Notes: a model not told the origin generated them from the sequence alone. Counted from the first letter of the stretch, positions 48,355-58,790 are shown. The stretch is DNA of 64,000 nucleotides from Promethearchaeota archaeon (GCA_048939995.1 JBHLOY010000003.1:128001-192000), one strand, 5' to 3'. Numbers and translations are program-made.

Positions 48355-49038
48355 TTATAAAAGGTTTGGGATTGAAACTCCGAATCCCCAGAGTGCAATT
48401 CCTTGAGCAAAACAGAAAACCATGATTATAAATGCTATTGGTGGCCAAGATAAAATCTTTGAGATCCATTGAAATATTCCAATAAAAAACTTAGCTGTAA
48501 TTGCAACTAATGCGGTTACTATTATGAAAACAATAAATAGAAGTAATTTAGGATTAATCCAATAAGCAATATTTTCCTCTATTCCTGGAGGGATTAATGA
48601 GGCTAAAATAAAAACTGATGCGCTACCTGCTATAAGTGCTAAAATACTTGACAGGGGTAAATCTTTTATAGGTTTAAAAAACATTCCGATCCCAAGTATT
48701 ATTAGAAAGATGCATGTAAAATGATTTGCTCCTGTTCCTAAATACCTAAAACTCGGGGGAATATCAAGAATCAGTCCCCAAGCTCCAGCCCAAATATCCA
48801 TTATACCTACAGCTAGCCCAAGATAGGATAATACTCGTAAGAATTTTGATATATCGACTTTTTCACCTTCTTCAAGCTTTCTTTTAGTGAATGACCCTCT
48901 TCGTTTTCTTTCATATCCTAACCAAGTTAATGCAATAAAACCACTAATGAAAACCATAACACCAGCAGATTGACCTACCCATTCAAAAAATGATTGTAAA
49001 TATATCCAATAATCAGTTTGAAATATCACTCTATTCAC
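48355..49038 (-). CDS. Hypothetical membrane protein
   Basis: About 6 hydrophobic segments. Confidence 0.6.
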   Translation of the reverse strand: MNRVIFQTDYWIYLQSFFEWVGQSAGVMVFISGFIALTWLGYERKRRGSFTKRKLEEGEKVDISKFLRVLSYLGLAVGIMDIWAGAWGLILDIPPSFRYLGTGANHFTCIFLIILGIGMFFKPIKDLPLSSILALIAGSASVFILASLIPPGIEENIAYWINPKLLLFIVFIIVTALVAITAKFFIGIFQWISKILSWPPIAFIIMVFCFAQGIALWGFGVSIPNLL

Positions 49039-49162
49039 GTATTAAGAAAATTAAGTTAAATATTAGATCGTGTATCTGTTTAAATATTTATGTTTAGGAT
49101 AAGCTTTTTAAAAAGCATTACTAATTAAAAAATTTTAAATTAGTCAAGTCTATCTTTTTTTT

Positions 49163-50419
49163 ATGGAATTTATCGAAAATTTAAAGAAGCTGGGATTAAA
49201 GGAAAATAGGAGATATTTATTTCTTGTAATTTGGCTTTTAATTGATGTTATTCTTATTCAAATTCCCATTCAAATAACTATCCAAATCGAATCAATCCAA
49301 GTAGAATTGTGGGATCTTATTGGAGTTATTTTATTTTTACCGTTCCTAACTTTTTTAATATTTCTATACTTGTTATCTTTATTTTACAAAAAAGATGTAA
49401 AAGAGATACCCTCTTGGAAAGTATTATTAATATTTATAATTACATTACCCTTAATGTCAGTCATCGCAGTTATTTTGGTTGTCTTATTTGCTTTTTCTAT
49501 ATTTAGCTATTTTTTTTTCTCATCATGGTTCATACTTTATGGAGCTTATTTGATTGCAAAAAATATAGATAACAGATTAAAGAGACATAAATATCGAAAG
49601 ATAACTCGTGGTTTAACATTTTCTTCAGGCACGTTATTTTCCTTGTTTCTATTGGTAATTTTTTTTGTACCTGCATTAGGCATTCTCGATATAATCTATA
49701 CCTTTATTCCCGAATTATCCCTTTATCCTGGTTTAAATTTGGGTGTTAGAGTTTTATTTATAATTGTAGGGTTAACAATTATTGCTTTTGCATTTTTAAG
49801 CCTTGTTTTTTTATCTCGAAAGATTTTCAACGCATGGATTGGCATATTTTCAGTATTAGTGGTTGTTTATACTTATTATTTTGTAGTAAAATTATTTATA
49901 GCTGTTAATAGTGTAGGAAGTGGAGGATCCTCACCCATTTTTACCCAAATTATAATGATATTTCTAGATGTTTTTATCATTTTGTATTCAATAAGTACCT
50001 TAATGGGTTCTCAAGCTGAATTATTAAGTAGAAAATTTAAAATGAAACGATTTGGGCTAGACACAATTCTAATCTGGTTGTTATTTTCAAAAGTAGCTTA
50101 TGAATTCATCCACTTTTTTCCATATGAATGGTTACAAGGATTGCCATATATAGAATCTATGACGTTTTTAAATGAAGCAATCATAAACCTCTTGCGGAAT
50201 GTATTTGTTATTATCTTTTTTATGTCTATTTTGGTAATTCTAGGATTATACGAAATTAAGAAATATAACACAAATGAAAAGAAATTCATGCATAAAATCG
50301 ATGAAGAGGTTAGAAAGACTTTGAGCCTTGAACAAGAAATGAAATACTACACAGAGCAATCAGAAAAAAAATTTATAGCTCCAGATGACGACGAAGAAAA
50401 ATCAAATCAGAATATTTAA
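49163..50419 (+). CDS. Hypothetical polytopic membrane protein
   Basis: About 10 hydrophobic segments and a charged C-terminal tail. Confidence 0.65.
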   Translation: MEFIENLKKLGLKENRRYLFLVIWLLIDVILIQIPIQITIQIESIQVELWDLIGVILFLPFLTFLIFLYLLSLFYKKDVKEIPSWKVLLIFIITLPLMSVIAVILVVLFAFSIFSYFFFSSWFILYGAYLIAKNIDNRLKRHKYRKITRGLTFSSGTLFSLFLLVIFFVPALGILDIIYTFIPELSLYPGLNLGVRVLFIIVGLTIIAFAFLSLVFLSRKIFNAWIGIFSVLVVVYTYYFVVKLFIAVNSVGSGGSSPIFTQIIMIFLDVFIILYSISTLMGSQAELLSRKFKMKRFGLDTILIWLLFSKVAYEFIHFFPYEWLQGLPYIESMTFLNEAIINLLRNVFVIIFFMSILVILGLYEIKKYNTNEKKFMHKIDEEVRKTLSLEQEMKYYTEQSEKKFIAPDDDEEKSNQNI

Positions 50420-50503
50420 ATTATTATTTTAAATCCATAAATTCATTTTATTTAGAAATTAGAAATTCAAATGGGATTAATGCTTTAATAATTAGTTTTA
50501 TTA

Positions 50504-51076
50504 ATGAATCTTTCAGAAATTATAATACTTATATTAAAGGTAGAAAACCAATTGAGTAGTACTGACGATCTTATTGGTAAGGAATTGTTTTTGGAAAAGT
50601 TTGAAAAACTGTCTCTTAAGGTGGAACAACTTACTGAAGAGATAACAAAATTAAAGAATAAATTAGATAAAGCGAATTTAATTAATAGATCTTTTGGTTT
50701 AAGTTCGATCAGAAATTCTCAATCCTTGAGTTTTGCCAAAGATGTGATAGGGATTGGAAGCCCATCTAAAAGGTATATTTTATCTATTAGAGCTATTACA
50801 GAAGAATGGAAAGATCGAAAAAATGATATTTTTTTAGTAATACGCCAACAAGACAAAGAAACACATATGGATATAAAAGCATTAGGGGTAAGAATACCTC
50901 TTGATGATACTAAAAATATTGAATTACTTGCTAAACAAGTGCTTTCACTTCTATTTATATCATGTGAATTAAAAAGTTTAGAACTCAATGAGATTCTAAG
51001 AGATATTTTTTCGCAAGTTAATCGAGAAGGAACGAAATTAGTCCAAGAAATTAAGGAAAAAATGATTCTTCATTAA
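50504..51076 (+). CDS. Hypothetical protein (N-terminal coiled coil plus small beta/alpha domain)
   Basis: 190-aa ORF with a heptad segment followed by a beta-beta-beta-alpha pattern. Confidence 0.6.
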   Translation: MNLSEIIILILKVENQLSSTDDLIGKELFLEKFEKLSLKVEQLTEEITKLKNKLDKANLINRSFGLSSIRNSQSLSFAKDVIGIGSPSKRYILSIRAITEEWKDRKNDIFLVIRQQDKETHMDIKALGVRIPLDDTKNIELLAKQVLSLLFISCELKSLELNEILRDIFSQVNREGTKLVQEIKEKMILH

Positions 51077-51220
51077 ATGAAATATTTTTCTTGTACATAT
51101 CCCTATAATATGTATAGTTGTGAAACTTAAATTTCACGATCTCTAGGACACTCCATCATTGTAAATTAATTTTTTTATAAAACCTAATGACTAAATTTAA
51201 ATTCACTGCAAGATAAGTTA

Positions 51221-52423
51221 TTGAATGAGGTAATTACTATGGCTTCAGAATTATTATATACAGATTTGCAAAACGAGGTTGAGGAAACTTCTAAAGATTG
51301 TAATTTCTATAAACAGATCTGTGAAAATCAAGAATATGACTTTGATCAAACAATTAAGGATTCAAACCTAGATGAAGTCCCCTATATTAATTGGAATTAT
51401 TTTAAAGAGTCTTTAGGAAAGTTTCCTGAACTATTACGAATTCCCTATGACAAATTATCTTATTGGACAATAAGTTCGTCCACAACTGGGGATCCTAGCT
51501 TAGTAGGGAGAGGTCCTGAAGATATTGATTTATTTAAAAGAAATTATCGAAGAGTATTTGAAGAGTATGCTAATATGGAATCCATCACACAATTGATCCT
51601 CTTTGCTCCTTCTTTAGCATTCATGAATAAAATGCCTGGGTCATGGTATGGAAAGCGTGGATTTCTGTTTTATCGAGATATAACTGATATTTGGAAAGGT
51701 TATAAAATTGAGTATCTTTTAAAATTTAAAATTGTTAAAGCGCTGTTATATATGATTAGTCATTTTAAAAAGAAGGCTTTCATTGAGATTGATGGAAAAT
51801 TAATGCAAAAAAGCCTTAAAGAGGTAGAACGTAAAAGCATTCCTACATTAATCGCTAATTCTGCTCCTCTAATGTACCAAAATTTTAAAGATTATTATAA
51901 AAGCCATAAAGAAGGTTTTAGTATGCCCGAATCTTTCAGACTGCAACTTGGTGGAGGAGGTTGGGATGGCGTAAAAGGTAGAGTGAAACTTGGATACAAA
52001 ATAAATAAAGCTGAATTTATGGAGTTCATATCCGAATTCTTTAATATTCCTTACGATAACATTTCAGATAATTATGGTGCCACTGAAATTCCTATAGCTT
52101 GTGGTGGTCATTGGAGTAAAAAATATGAAGATTTTATTTTCCATCTGGAAAAAAATCAAGGTCAAGTAATTATTCGAGAATTGAACAGTCTTGAGAGAAT
52201 AAAGAAAGTAAACGAACCAGGAATCTTGGAGGTTTTAACTCCCTATGGAGTTGAATCTTATGCTGGAGTTGCCGTCATGCTTGATGACATTATAGAAATA
52301 ATAGACTTTAATAGATGCAATGAATGTGGTAGAGAGGGAATAGTATTTCGAATAACGGGAAGATTAACTCCAGAAATTGGAAAAGGTTGCAGTTCCTTTA
52401 CAAATCTATATCCATTTAAATAA
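51221..52423 (+). CDS. LuxE/PaaK-like acyl-protein synthetase (ANL superfamily)
   Basis: SSSTTGDPS, GGGGW, DNYGATE, D.I...GR...KGCS motifs. Confidence 0.75.
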   Translation: MNEVITMASELLYTDLQNEVEETSKDCNFYKQICENQEYDFDQTIKDSNLDEVPYINWNYFKESLGKFPELLRIPYDKLSYWTISSSTTGDPSLVGRGPEDIDLFKRNYRRVFEEYANMESITQLILFAPSLAFMNKMPGSWYGKRGFLFYRDITDIWKGYKIEYLLKFKIVKALLYMISHFKKKAFIEIDGKLMQKSLKEVERKSIPTLIANSAPLMYQNFKDYYKSHKEGFSMPESFRLQLGGGGWDGVKGRVKLGYKINKAEFMEFISEFFNIPYDNISDNYGATEIPIACGGHWSKKYEDFIFHLEKNQGQVIIRELNSLERIKKVNEPGILEVLTPYGVESYAGVAVMLDDIIEIIDFNRCNECGREGIVFRITGRLTPEIGKGCSSFTNLYPFK

Positions 52424-52470
52424 TTCTACATTAGACATTTTTATTTCATTTATCCAATACTTTTTAGAAT

Positions 52471-52965
52471 ATGGAATTTATAGTAGGATTTGACTTTGAA
52501 AAATTTGGAACTAATTTATCTGAATTGAGAAAAGAATTCCTTGACACTATTGAAATATCAGATGATATAGAAGAAACGATCGTCAGGGAAGATCCTTCCC
52601 ATCTAATAGTCTGGAGAAAAGATCAAGAGTTAATTGGTTGGGCGATATGGCATGAATCATATACTAATGAACATCGTAAAGGATATCCTCGTGTAGAAAG
52701 CGATAGGAGAATATTAGAGAACTTAATTGGTGAGAAAAAAGAAATAATAGAATTACATGAACTCTGGTTAAAGAAAAAATATAGAGGTAACGGTTATGGA
52801 AAGCTGTTCTTCAAATTTTTTGAAGATTTTTTAACATCTATGGGTTATAAATCAATAGCTTATTATACTGATAATCCTGCTGCAATATCTATATGTCGTA
52901 GTCGGGATTATAAGGAAGAATATAATAAGGATTTAAATGAATATACTTTCTGTAAAACATTATAA
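52471..52965 (+). CDS. GNAT acetyltransferase
   Basis: LWLKKKYRGNGYGK acetyl-CoA motif A. Confidence 0.8.
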   Translation: MEFIVGFDFEKFGTNLSELRKEFLDTIEISDDIEETIVREDPSHLIVWRKDQELIGWAIWHESYTNEHRKGYPRVESDRRILENLIGEKKEIIELHELWLKKKYRGNGYGKLFFKFFEDFLTSMGYKSIAYYTDNPAAISICRSRDYKEEYNKDLNEYTFCKTL

Positions 52966-53065
52966 CTTTTCCTTTTTCTAATTTTAAAGATATAGAGATT
53001 GCTTTAAATATAATTTCTTCATTTTATTTGATTAATTATTTAATAATATGTGAAGATGAAATAGA

Positions 53066-53854
53066 ATGGAATATGAAGATCTTATTTATGAAAAGAAAGA
53101 TAAAGTTGCCCGTGTTACAATAAACCGGCCTCAACGATATAATGCCTGCACACAACATACGATTCATGAGCTGATCGATGCATTAAATCAATGCATGGAT
53201 CCTGAAATTGGTGTAGTGGTATTCACTGGTGCTGGAGATAAAGCGTTTTGTACTGGAGGAGATCAAACAATTCGTGAAAAGGGGGGATATAAAGGAAAAT
53301 ATATGGTACCATTAGAAGTAGGATGGCAAACTGTAACACACCTGATTCGTACAATGCCTAAGCCTGTAATTGCAAGAGTTAATGGATATGCAATTGGAGG
53401 TGGTCATGTGTGGCATGTGGCTTGTGATTTAAGTATTGCAGCAGAACATGCCCAGTTCGGACAAGCTGGACCACGAGTGGGTTCTTTTGACCCTGGATAT
53501 GGAACAGGAGATTTAATGAGAGCCGTTGGTGTCAAACGTGCAAAGGAAATTTGGTTCCTTTGTCGTCGATATACTGCAAAACAAGCACTAGATATGGGAC
53601 TTGTAAATGCAGTAGTTCCATATGAAAAATTAGATGAAGAGGTCAATAATTGGTGCCAAGAACTATTAGAAAAGAGCCCTACAGCTATTAAGATGTTAAA
53701 GTATGCATTTTTAGCAGAAAGTGATGGAACTACAGGCATTACTCAATTAGGAGTTGGTGGACTTTCTCTGTATTATGGAACAGATGAAGCTGTCGAAGGG
53801 AAGAACGCATTCATAGAAAAAAGGAAACCCAATTTTAATGAGTTCAGAAAATAA
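53066..53854 (+). CDS. Crotonase-family MenB/BadI-like enzyme
   Basis: AFCTGGDQ, GYAIGGGHV, GPRVGSFDPGYG, EIWFLCRRY and LYYGTDEA.EG motifs. Confidence 0.85.
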   Translation: MEYEDLIYEKKDKVARVTINRPQRYNACTQHTIHELIDALNQCMDPEIGVVVFTGAGDKAFCTGGDQTIREKGGYKGKYMVPLEVGWQTVTHLIRTMPKPVIARVNGYAIGGGHVWHVACDLSIAAEHAQFGQAGPRVGSFDPGYGTGDLMRAVGVKRAKEIWFLCRRYTAKQALDMGLVNAVVPYEKLDEEVNNWCQELLEKSPTAIKMLKYAFLAESDGTTGITQLGVGGLSLYYGTDEAVEGKNAFIEKRKPNFNEFRK

Positions 53855-53883
53855 ATATCGCTTAATAATAATTTTTGCCTTTT

Positions 53884-54798
53884 TTATTCCTTTGAATATA
53901 AAAAATCAGGTTCAAGATATTCCGGATTAGGGTATGTATAAAATCCTTTACCTGTTTTTATTCCTAATTCCCCGTTCTTAACTTTTTCTAATAATGCTTT
54001 CGGTGGATAATCTTTCGGATCCCTAGAGTCATTGTAATATACCATCTCTATATCATATACCACATCTAATCCTACTTTATCCATAATTCCAAAAGGACCC
54101 TCAACTGATTCATTGAACACCATCCATGCCCGATCTATATCCCTAAAATCAACAAAACCATTTCCCCACATATATAGCGTTTCACGTTTGATTGCTCTCC
54201 AAACCCTATTAAAACAAAACCCTAATAGTTCCTTTTTCACGGTAAGAGGTATAAAATTTAAAGAACGTACCCATCCAACACCTCTCTCTAATATCATTGG
54301 TAAAGTGCGGGTACCCCCCATAACGTCTACCATATTTATCCCTTGTAAAGGAAAATAAAAATGAATATTAAGACAGTATTCAGCTCTTCCACTACTTTCT
54401 TCCAATTTAGAAACAGGTATCGATGAACTATTCGTTGCTATAATGGCATTCGGTATAGCTTTTTCTCCAATCTTTTTAAATATTTCTTGTTTAAGTTCAA
54501 TTTTTTCTGGTACTGCTTCAATAACTAGCTCTGCATCTTTAATACATTCTTCTATACTCTCATCTCTCATAATACTTTTTTCACATTCATTCCACTTTTC
54601 CCACGGAATGATAGGTTCAACATTTTTACTCTTTAATTCATCTCTGAGTGTTTTTAAATTTTGAGCGAAAGAATTTTGATTTATATCATAAATCCTAACT
54701 TTATAACCATTATATGCTGCTATCATAGAAATCTGTGTTCCTAAAACTCCAGTTCCTATTATTGCAATGTTTTCTAAAACTTTTTCCATTTTCTCCAT
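53884..54798 (-). CDS. 3-hydroxyacyl-CoA dehydrogenase
   Basis: GTGVLG, EAVPE, TNSSS, HF, GF.FNR, GPF..MD.VGLD and G.KTGKGFY motifs. Confidence 0.9.
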   Translation of the reverse strand: MEKMEKVLENIAIIGTGVLGTQISMIAAYNGYKVRIYDINQNSFAQNLKTLRDELKSKNVEPIIPWEKWNECEKSIMRDESIEECIKDAELVIEAVPEKIELKQEIFKKIGEKAIPNAIIATNSSSIPVSKLEESSGRAEYCLNIHFYFPLQGINMVDVMGGTRTLPMILERGVGWVRSLNFIPLTVKKELLGFCFNRVWRAIKRETLYMWGNGFVDFRDIDRAWMVFNESVEGPFGIMDKVGLDVVYDIEMVYYNDSRDPKDYPPKALLEKVKNGELGIKTGKGFYTYPNPEYLEPDFLYSKE

Positions 54799-54874
54799 AA
54801 TATTTATTTAATCTTCAAAATATTTATAGATTCTAATTAAATTGTAAATTAAAGAAAAAAGAAAGTTAACTGGT

Positions 54875-55378
54875 GTGATACTTTTGGATATCAAAATACG
54901 TAAGGCTTTAGTAAGTGATGCTGAAAATCTTTCAAACATATGGAAAGTAATTTGTGTTGAAAAAATCTATTCTGCTGTCGATAGAGCTTTTACGCCACAA
55001 GAAGAAAGAGATTATCTATTATCGCTTACTGAACGAGAAGTAGTTTATATAGCAGAAGTCGAGGGCAAAGTGGTAGGCTTTCAAACCTTAGATCTTTGGT
55101 CTAAAGTTTTGACTTCTACATCCCATGTGGGTACTATTGGCACTTTTATTCTTCCTGAATACAGAGGAATGAATATGGGTAATTCTTTAGCAAAACAAAC
55201 TTTTAAATTTGCTCGTGCAAATCTTTATGAAAAAATAATGATTTACATACGAAAAGGAAATGAAAAAGCTATAAAATTTTATCAGAATTTAGGATTTATT
55301 AAAAAGGGAGAGTTAAAAAGACAAGTAAAAATCGATAATAATTATGAAGATGAATTATTCATGGAAAAATTTTTGTAA
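54875..55378 (+). CDS. GNAT acetyltransferase
   Basis: PEYRGMNMG and N..AI.FY..LGF motifs. Confidence 0.85.
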   Translation: MILLDIKIRKALVSDAENLSNIWKVICVEKIYSAVDRAFTPQEERDYLLSLTEREVVYIAEVEGKVVGFQTLDLWSKVLTSTSHVGTIGTFILPEYRGMNMGNSLAKQTFKFARANLYEKIMIYIRKGNEKAIKFYQNLGFIKKGELKRQVKIDNNYEDELFMEKFL

Positions 55379-55383
55379 TATTT

Positions 55384-56523
55384 TTATTTTAATTCTTCCC
55401 TTGCAATAATTAAATTCTGAATTTCTGAAGTTCCTCCGCCAATTTGAAAAAATTTTGCATCCCTCATATACCTCTCAACAGAGAAGGTATTAGTATATCC
55501 ATCCCCTCCATGAATTTGAACTGCTTCTGAAGTAATCTCCAATGCTGTCTTACTGCTGAAAGTCTTTGCCATTGAAGCTTCTTTGGTAATATTCTGTTTA
55601 TTTGCTAATGCTGCTGCGCTATAGGTTAATAATCTAGCTGCTTGAAGTTTAGTGACCATTTCAGCAATTTTGATTCTAATAAGTTGAAAGGTAGAAATAG
55701 GTTTGTTAAATTGAATCCGATTTTTAGCATAATTTTTAGAATCTTCTAAAGCTGCTAAGGATAATCCATTACATTCGGAACTTAAGGTTAAGCGTTCTAT
55801 ATTGAAAGTATCCATTAAGCTTTTAAACCCTATTCCTTCTTCTCCAATAAGATTTTCATCAGAGACTTTTACATTATCTAGATGAATAATGCCATTATAT
55901 ACTCCGTTTATTCCCATCAATTCATATGGACTTTCAATAGATAATCCTGGTGTATCTCTTTCAACTATAAACACACTCATACCATATCGAGGATTCACAA
56001 TTGGATTAGTAACACACCAAATAAAATAATAATCTGCGATACCAGCGTTTGTGATAAACTTTTTAGAGCCATTCAAAATATAGTTTTTTCCAGATTTTTC
56101 TGCTTTAGTTTTTATTCCAGCTACATTTGAACCAGCTTCCTCTTCTGTAACACAGATGCTACATAATTTTTCACCTGTTGCGATTTTAGGTAAGAATGTC
56201 TCTTTTTGTTTTTGAATTCCGTACTTATTTAAAAGATATCCATCTAAAATACAGGGTGTTCTAGTAACTGATACAGCTACATTAAATTTTGAGATTTCTT
56301 CAGTGATTTCGCAATGAGCAATTAATCCTAATTCCGTTCCACCATAATCTTTAGGGATTAAAGGTCCAAAGTATCCTTCTTTCCCTATTTTTTGAATTAG
56401 AGAAAGAGGAACTTTGTTTTGCCCATTTAAATTGTTCTTAATAGGCTCTAACTCCTTTACTAAAAATGTATTTAAATTATCTTGTAATTTATAGTGTTTC
56501 TCTGTGAAGAATAAATTATTCAT
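55384..56523 (-). CDS. Acyl-CoA dehydrogenase
   Basis: TE..AGS, LNGSKKFITN, R.QF.KPI, QIHGG.GY and RDAK...IGGGTSEIQ motifs. Confidence 0.93.
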   Translation of the reverse strand: MNNLFFTEKHYKLQDNLNTFLVKELEPIKNNLNGQNKVPLSLIQKIGKEGYFGPLIPKDYGGTELGLIAHCEITEEISKFNVAVSVTRTPCILDGYLLNKYGIQKQKETFLPKIATGEKLCSICVTEEEAGSNVAGIKTKAEKSGKNYILNGSKKFITNAGIADYYFIWCVTNPIVNPRYGMSVFIVERDTPGLSIESPYELMGINGVYNGIIHLDNVKVSDENLIGEEGIGFKSLMDTFNIERLTLSSECNGLSLAALEDSKNYAKNRIQFNKPISTFQLIRIKIAEMVTKLQAARLLTYSAAALANKQNITKEASMAKTFSSKTALEITSEAVQIHGGDGYTNTFSVERYMRDAKFFQIGGGTSEIQNLIIAREELK

Positions 56524-56616
56524 AATAACATCATGAATTTTTAAGACTTAATTAACTAATAATAAAGATTTTTTAAAATTTTTAATTGTTGAATTATGTA
56601 TATAAATATCTTATAG

Positions 56617-56799
56617 TTGATTAGGCTGAATAAATTGTTATGTGAAAATTGTGGGGATAAAGTACCTGAGGGAATCATATATGAATGTTCAGTATGCTTT
56701 AATCCATTATGTGATAATTGTGCGAATGTATGTAGGAAATGTGGAGATTATCTCTGCGATGGATGTTATCATGACCATAAGAAAGAATGTAACAAATGA
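56617..56799 (+). CDS. Small Cys-rich zinc-finger protein
   Basis: Five CxxC motifs plus H...C in 60 aa; its stop overlaps the next ATG. Confidence 0.65.
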   Translation: MIRLNKLLCENCGDKVPEGIIYECSVCFNPLCDNCANVCRKCGDYLCDGCYHDHKKECNK

Positions 56800-57191
56800 A
56801 GGGTTCATATTTATTAATTTTATCTTTTAAAAAAGAAAGAATTATCAGAATTGGCTCACTGGGAGAAATTTTGTTTTCTAAGGGTTTTTACCTTTATGTA
56901 GGCTCTGCAATGGGAGAAAAAGGCCCAACTACATTATTGAATCGTGTAAAAAGACACCTTTCAAATTCTAATTCAAAAAAAGTTCATTGGCATATAGATT
57001 ATCTATTAGCAGATGCATTTACTAAAATTATTAAACTATATCTTATTCCATCGATAACAGCTTTAGAATGCATAATAGCAAGAGACCTTTTAGCCAATTC
57101 TGAAGGTTACATCAAAGGTTTTGGTTCATCAGATTGTAATTGCGTAAGTCATTTATTTTGGTTTAAAGATTTTAATGATATCAATATTTAG
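56796..57191 (+). CDS. DUF123 / GIY-YIG (Uri) family endonuclease-like protein
   Basis: KGSY, GFYLYVGSA, R..RH, HWHIDYL and GFGSSDC.C.SHL motifs. Confidence 0.88.
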   Translation: MKGSYLLILSFKKERIIRIGSLGEILFSKGFYLYVGSAMGEKGPTTLLNRVKRHLSNSNSKKVHWHIDYLLADAFTKIIKLYLIPSITALECIIARDLLANSEGYIKGFGSSDCNCVSHLFWFKDFNDINI

Positions 57192-57700
57192 AAGTATAAT
57201 AAAAAATATATGAGTATATACAACACTATTAAGAACATTAATTCTATAATTAATCCATATTTTTTCTGATTCAAATTAGGGAGCCAAAAGAAAAATTTGT
57301 TGCTTACCCAATCTTTGAAAGGATGAAAAATTAATATAAAATCTTTGTTTGAACTAGAAGTTTTTTTATAGATTCTTCTTTGAATCGCTCTTAAGATTCG
57401 CCAATCTACAATATCTGGTATTTTGGCAAATAACATTCCTAACCAGAAAGGAAAAAAGAAGAAAATTATAACAATAACCGCACTAATACGTATTATTATT
57501 TGCCATGTAATCCAAAATTTATCTTTCCATTGTGGTTCTGACAAATGATATGTACTTCGTGCAAATATATCTATTACAATATGAGAAGCTACTGCTAAGA
57601 TTATTGTTAGAATAATATTTAAAGGAAATAAAAAGTAATGAAAACAAATAATCTGGCAAATTATTCCAGCAAAACAGTGAGTAATGGTTTCCATGAGCAA
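57188..57700 (-). CDS. Hypothetical membrane protein (metal-hydrolase-like H/SH..D motifs)
   Basis: THC, SHIVID and PD..DW motifs; hydrophobic segments. Confidence 0.55.
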   Translation of the reverse strand: MLMETITHCFAGIICQIICFHYFLFPLNIILTIILAVASHIVIDIFARSTYHLSEPQWKDKFWITWQIIIRISAVIVIIFFFFPFWLGMLFAKIPDIVDWRILRAIQRRIYKKTSSSNKDFILIFHPFKDWVSNKFFFWLPNLNQKKYGLIIELMFLIVLYILIYFLLYF

Positions 57701-57838
57701 TTATAGTTTTAGTTTACAAAATTTTAATAAATTAGAATTTAAAATTCTTAAAATTTTTTAAGTTTTGAAATTGAAATCTAATTATAACATATTAGAAAAA
57801 TATAATCGAATAATAAAAAAATGAGTTGAACATAAGAA

Positions 57839-58780
57839 ATGGGAATGTTAGATGGGAAGGTGGCCATAATCACTGGCGCTGGGCGAGGACTAGGTCATGA
57901 GGAAGCAACAGCTTTCGCTAAAGAAGGTTGTAATCTTCTAATAAATGATCTTGGAGCTGGTTTTGATGGTTCGGGAGCAGAAACTAAGGTTGCGGATCAA
58001 GTAGTTGAGGAAATGAAAAAGTTAGGAGTTAAGGCTATAGCTAATTATGACTCAGTAACTGATTTTAATAAAGCTAAAGCTATGATTGATCAAGCTATTG
58101 CTGAATTTGGTAAATTAGATATATTAGTTAATAATGCTGGAATCCTTAGAGACCGCATGCTCTTTAATATGACAGAGGCAGAATTTGAAGATGTTATAGG
58201 TGTTCATTTAAAAGGTACTTTTAACATGACACGCCATGCGTCAGCCTATTTTAGGGAAAAAGGTAAAGCAGACGATTCACTTGGTAATTTTGGCAGAGTT
58301 ATAAACACAGCATCCGACGCTGGGCTATTAGGAAATATGGGGCAATCTAATTATGGAGCAGCTAAAGCTGGTATTGCAGCTTTTACAATTATTTCTGCTA
58401 TGGAATTGAAGAAATATGCTACAGTTAATTGTATCGTTCCTTTAGCACGTACTCGTTTAACTGTAGATGCCACGCCTCAAACAGCTACAATTATGAAAAA
58501 ACTTGATGAAATTGGGTTTGATGTGTTTCATCCATCAAATGTGGCACCAATGGTGGTCTTTTTAGCCTCCGATCAAGCTAAAAAGATAAGCGGAGAAGTA
58601 TTTCGAGTTGTAGGAGATCGTGTTATGTTATTCCAAGGGTGGCATACTGTTAATCAGATTATAAATGATCACAAACCATTCACTCCAGATCAGATTGCTG
58701 ATAGAATAAACGAGTTAATGAAAGGAGCACCAAAAAAGGAAAATTTGATGGGTTTATTAGGAGATATGATTAAAATGTAA
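57839..58780 (+). CDS. SDR oxidoreductase (multifunctional-enzyme/HSD17B4-like type)
   Basis: TGAGRGLG, NDLG, NNAGILRDR and NYGAAK motifs. Confidence 0.9.
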   Translation: MGMLDGKVAIITGAGRGLGHEEATAFAKEGCNLLINDLGAGFDGSGAETKVADQVVEEMKKLGVKAIANYDSVTDFNKAKAMIDQAIAEFGKLDILVNNAGILRDRMLFNMTEAEFEDVIGVHLKGTFNMTRHASAYFREKGKADDSLGNFGRVINTASDAGLLGNMGQSNYGAAKAGIAAFTIISAMELKKYATVNCIVPLARTRLTVDATPQTATIMKKLDEIGFDVFHPSNVAPMVVFLASDQAKKISGEVFRVVGDRVMLFQGWHTVNQIINDHKPFTPDQIADRINELMKGAPKKENLMGLLGDMIKM

Positions 58781-58790
58781 TGTTGATTTA

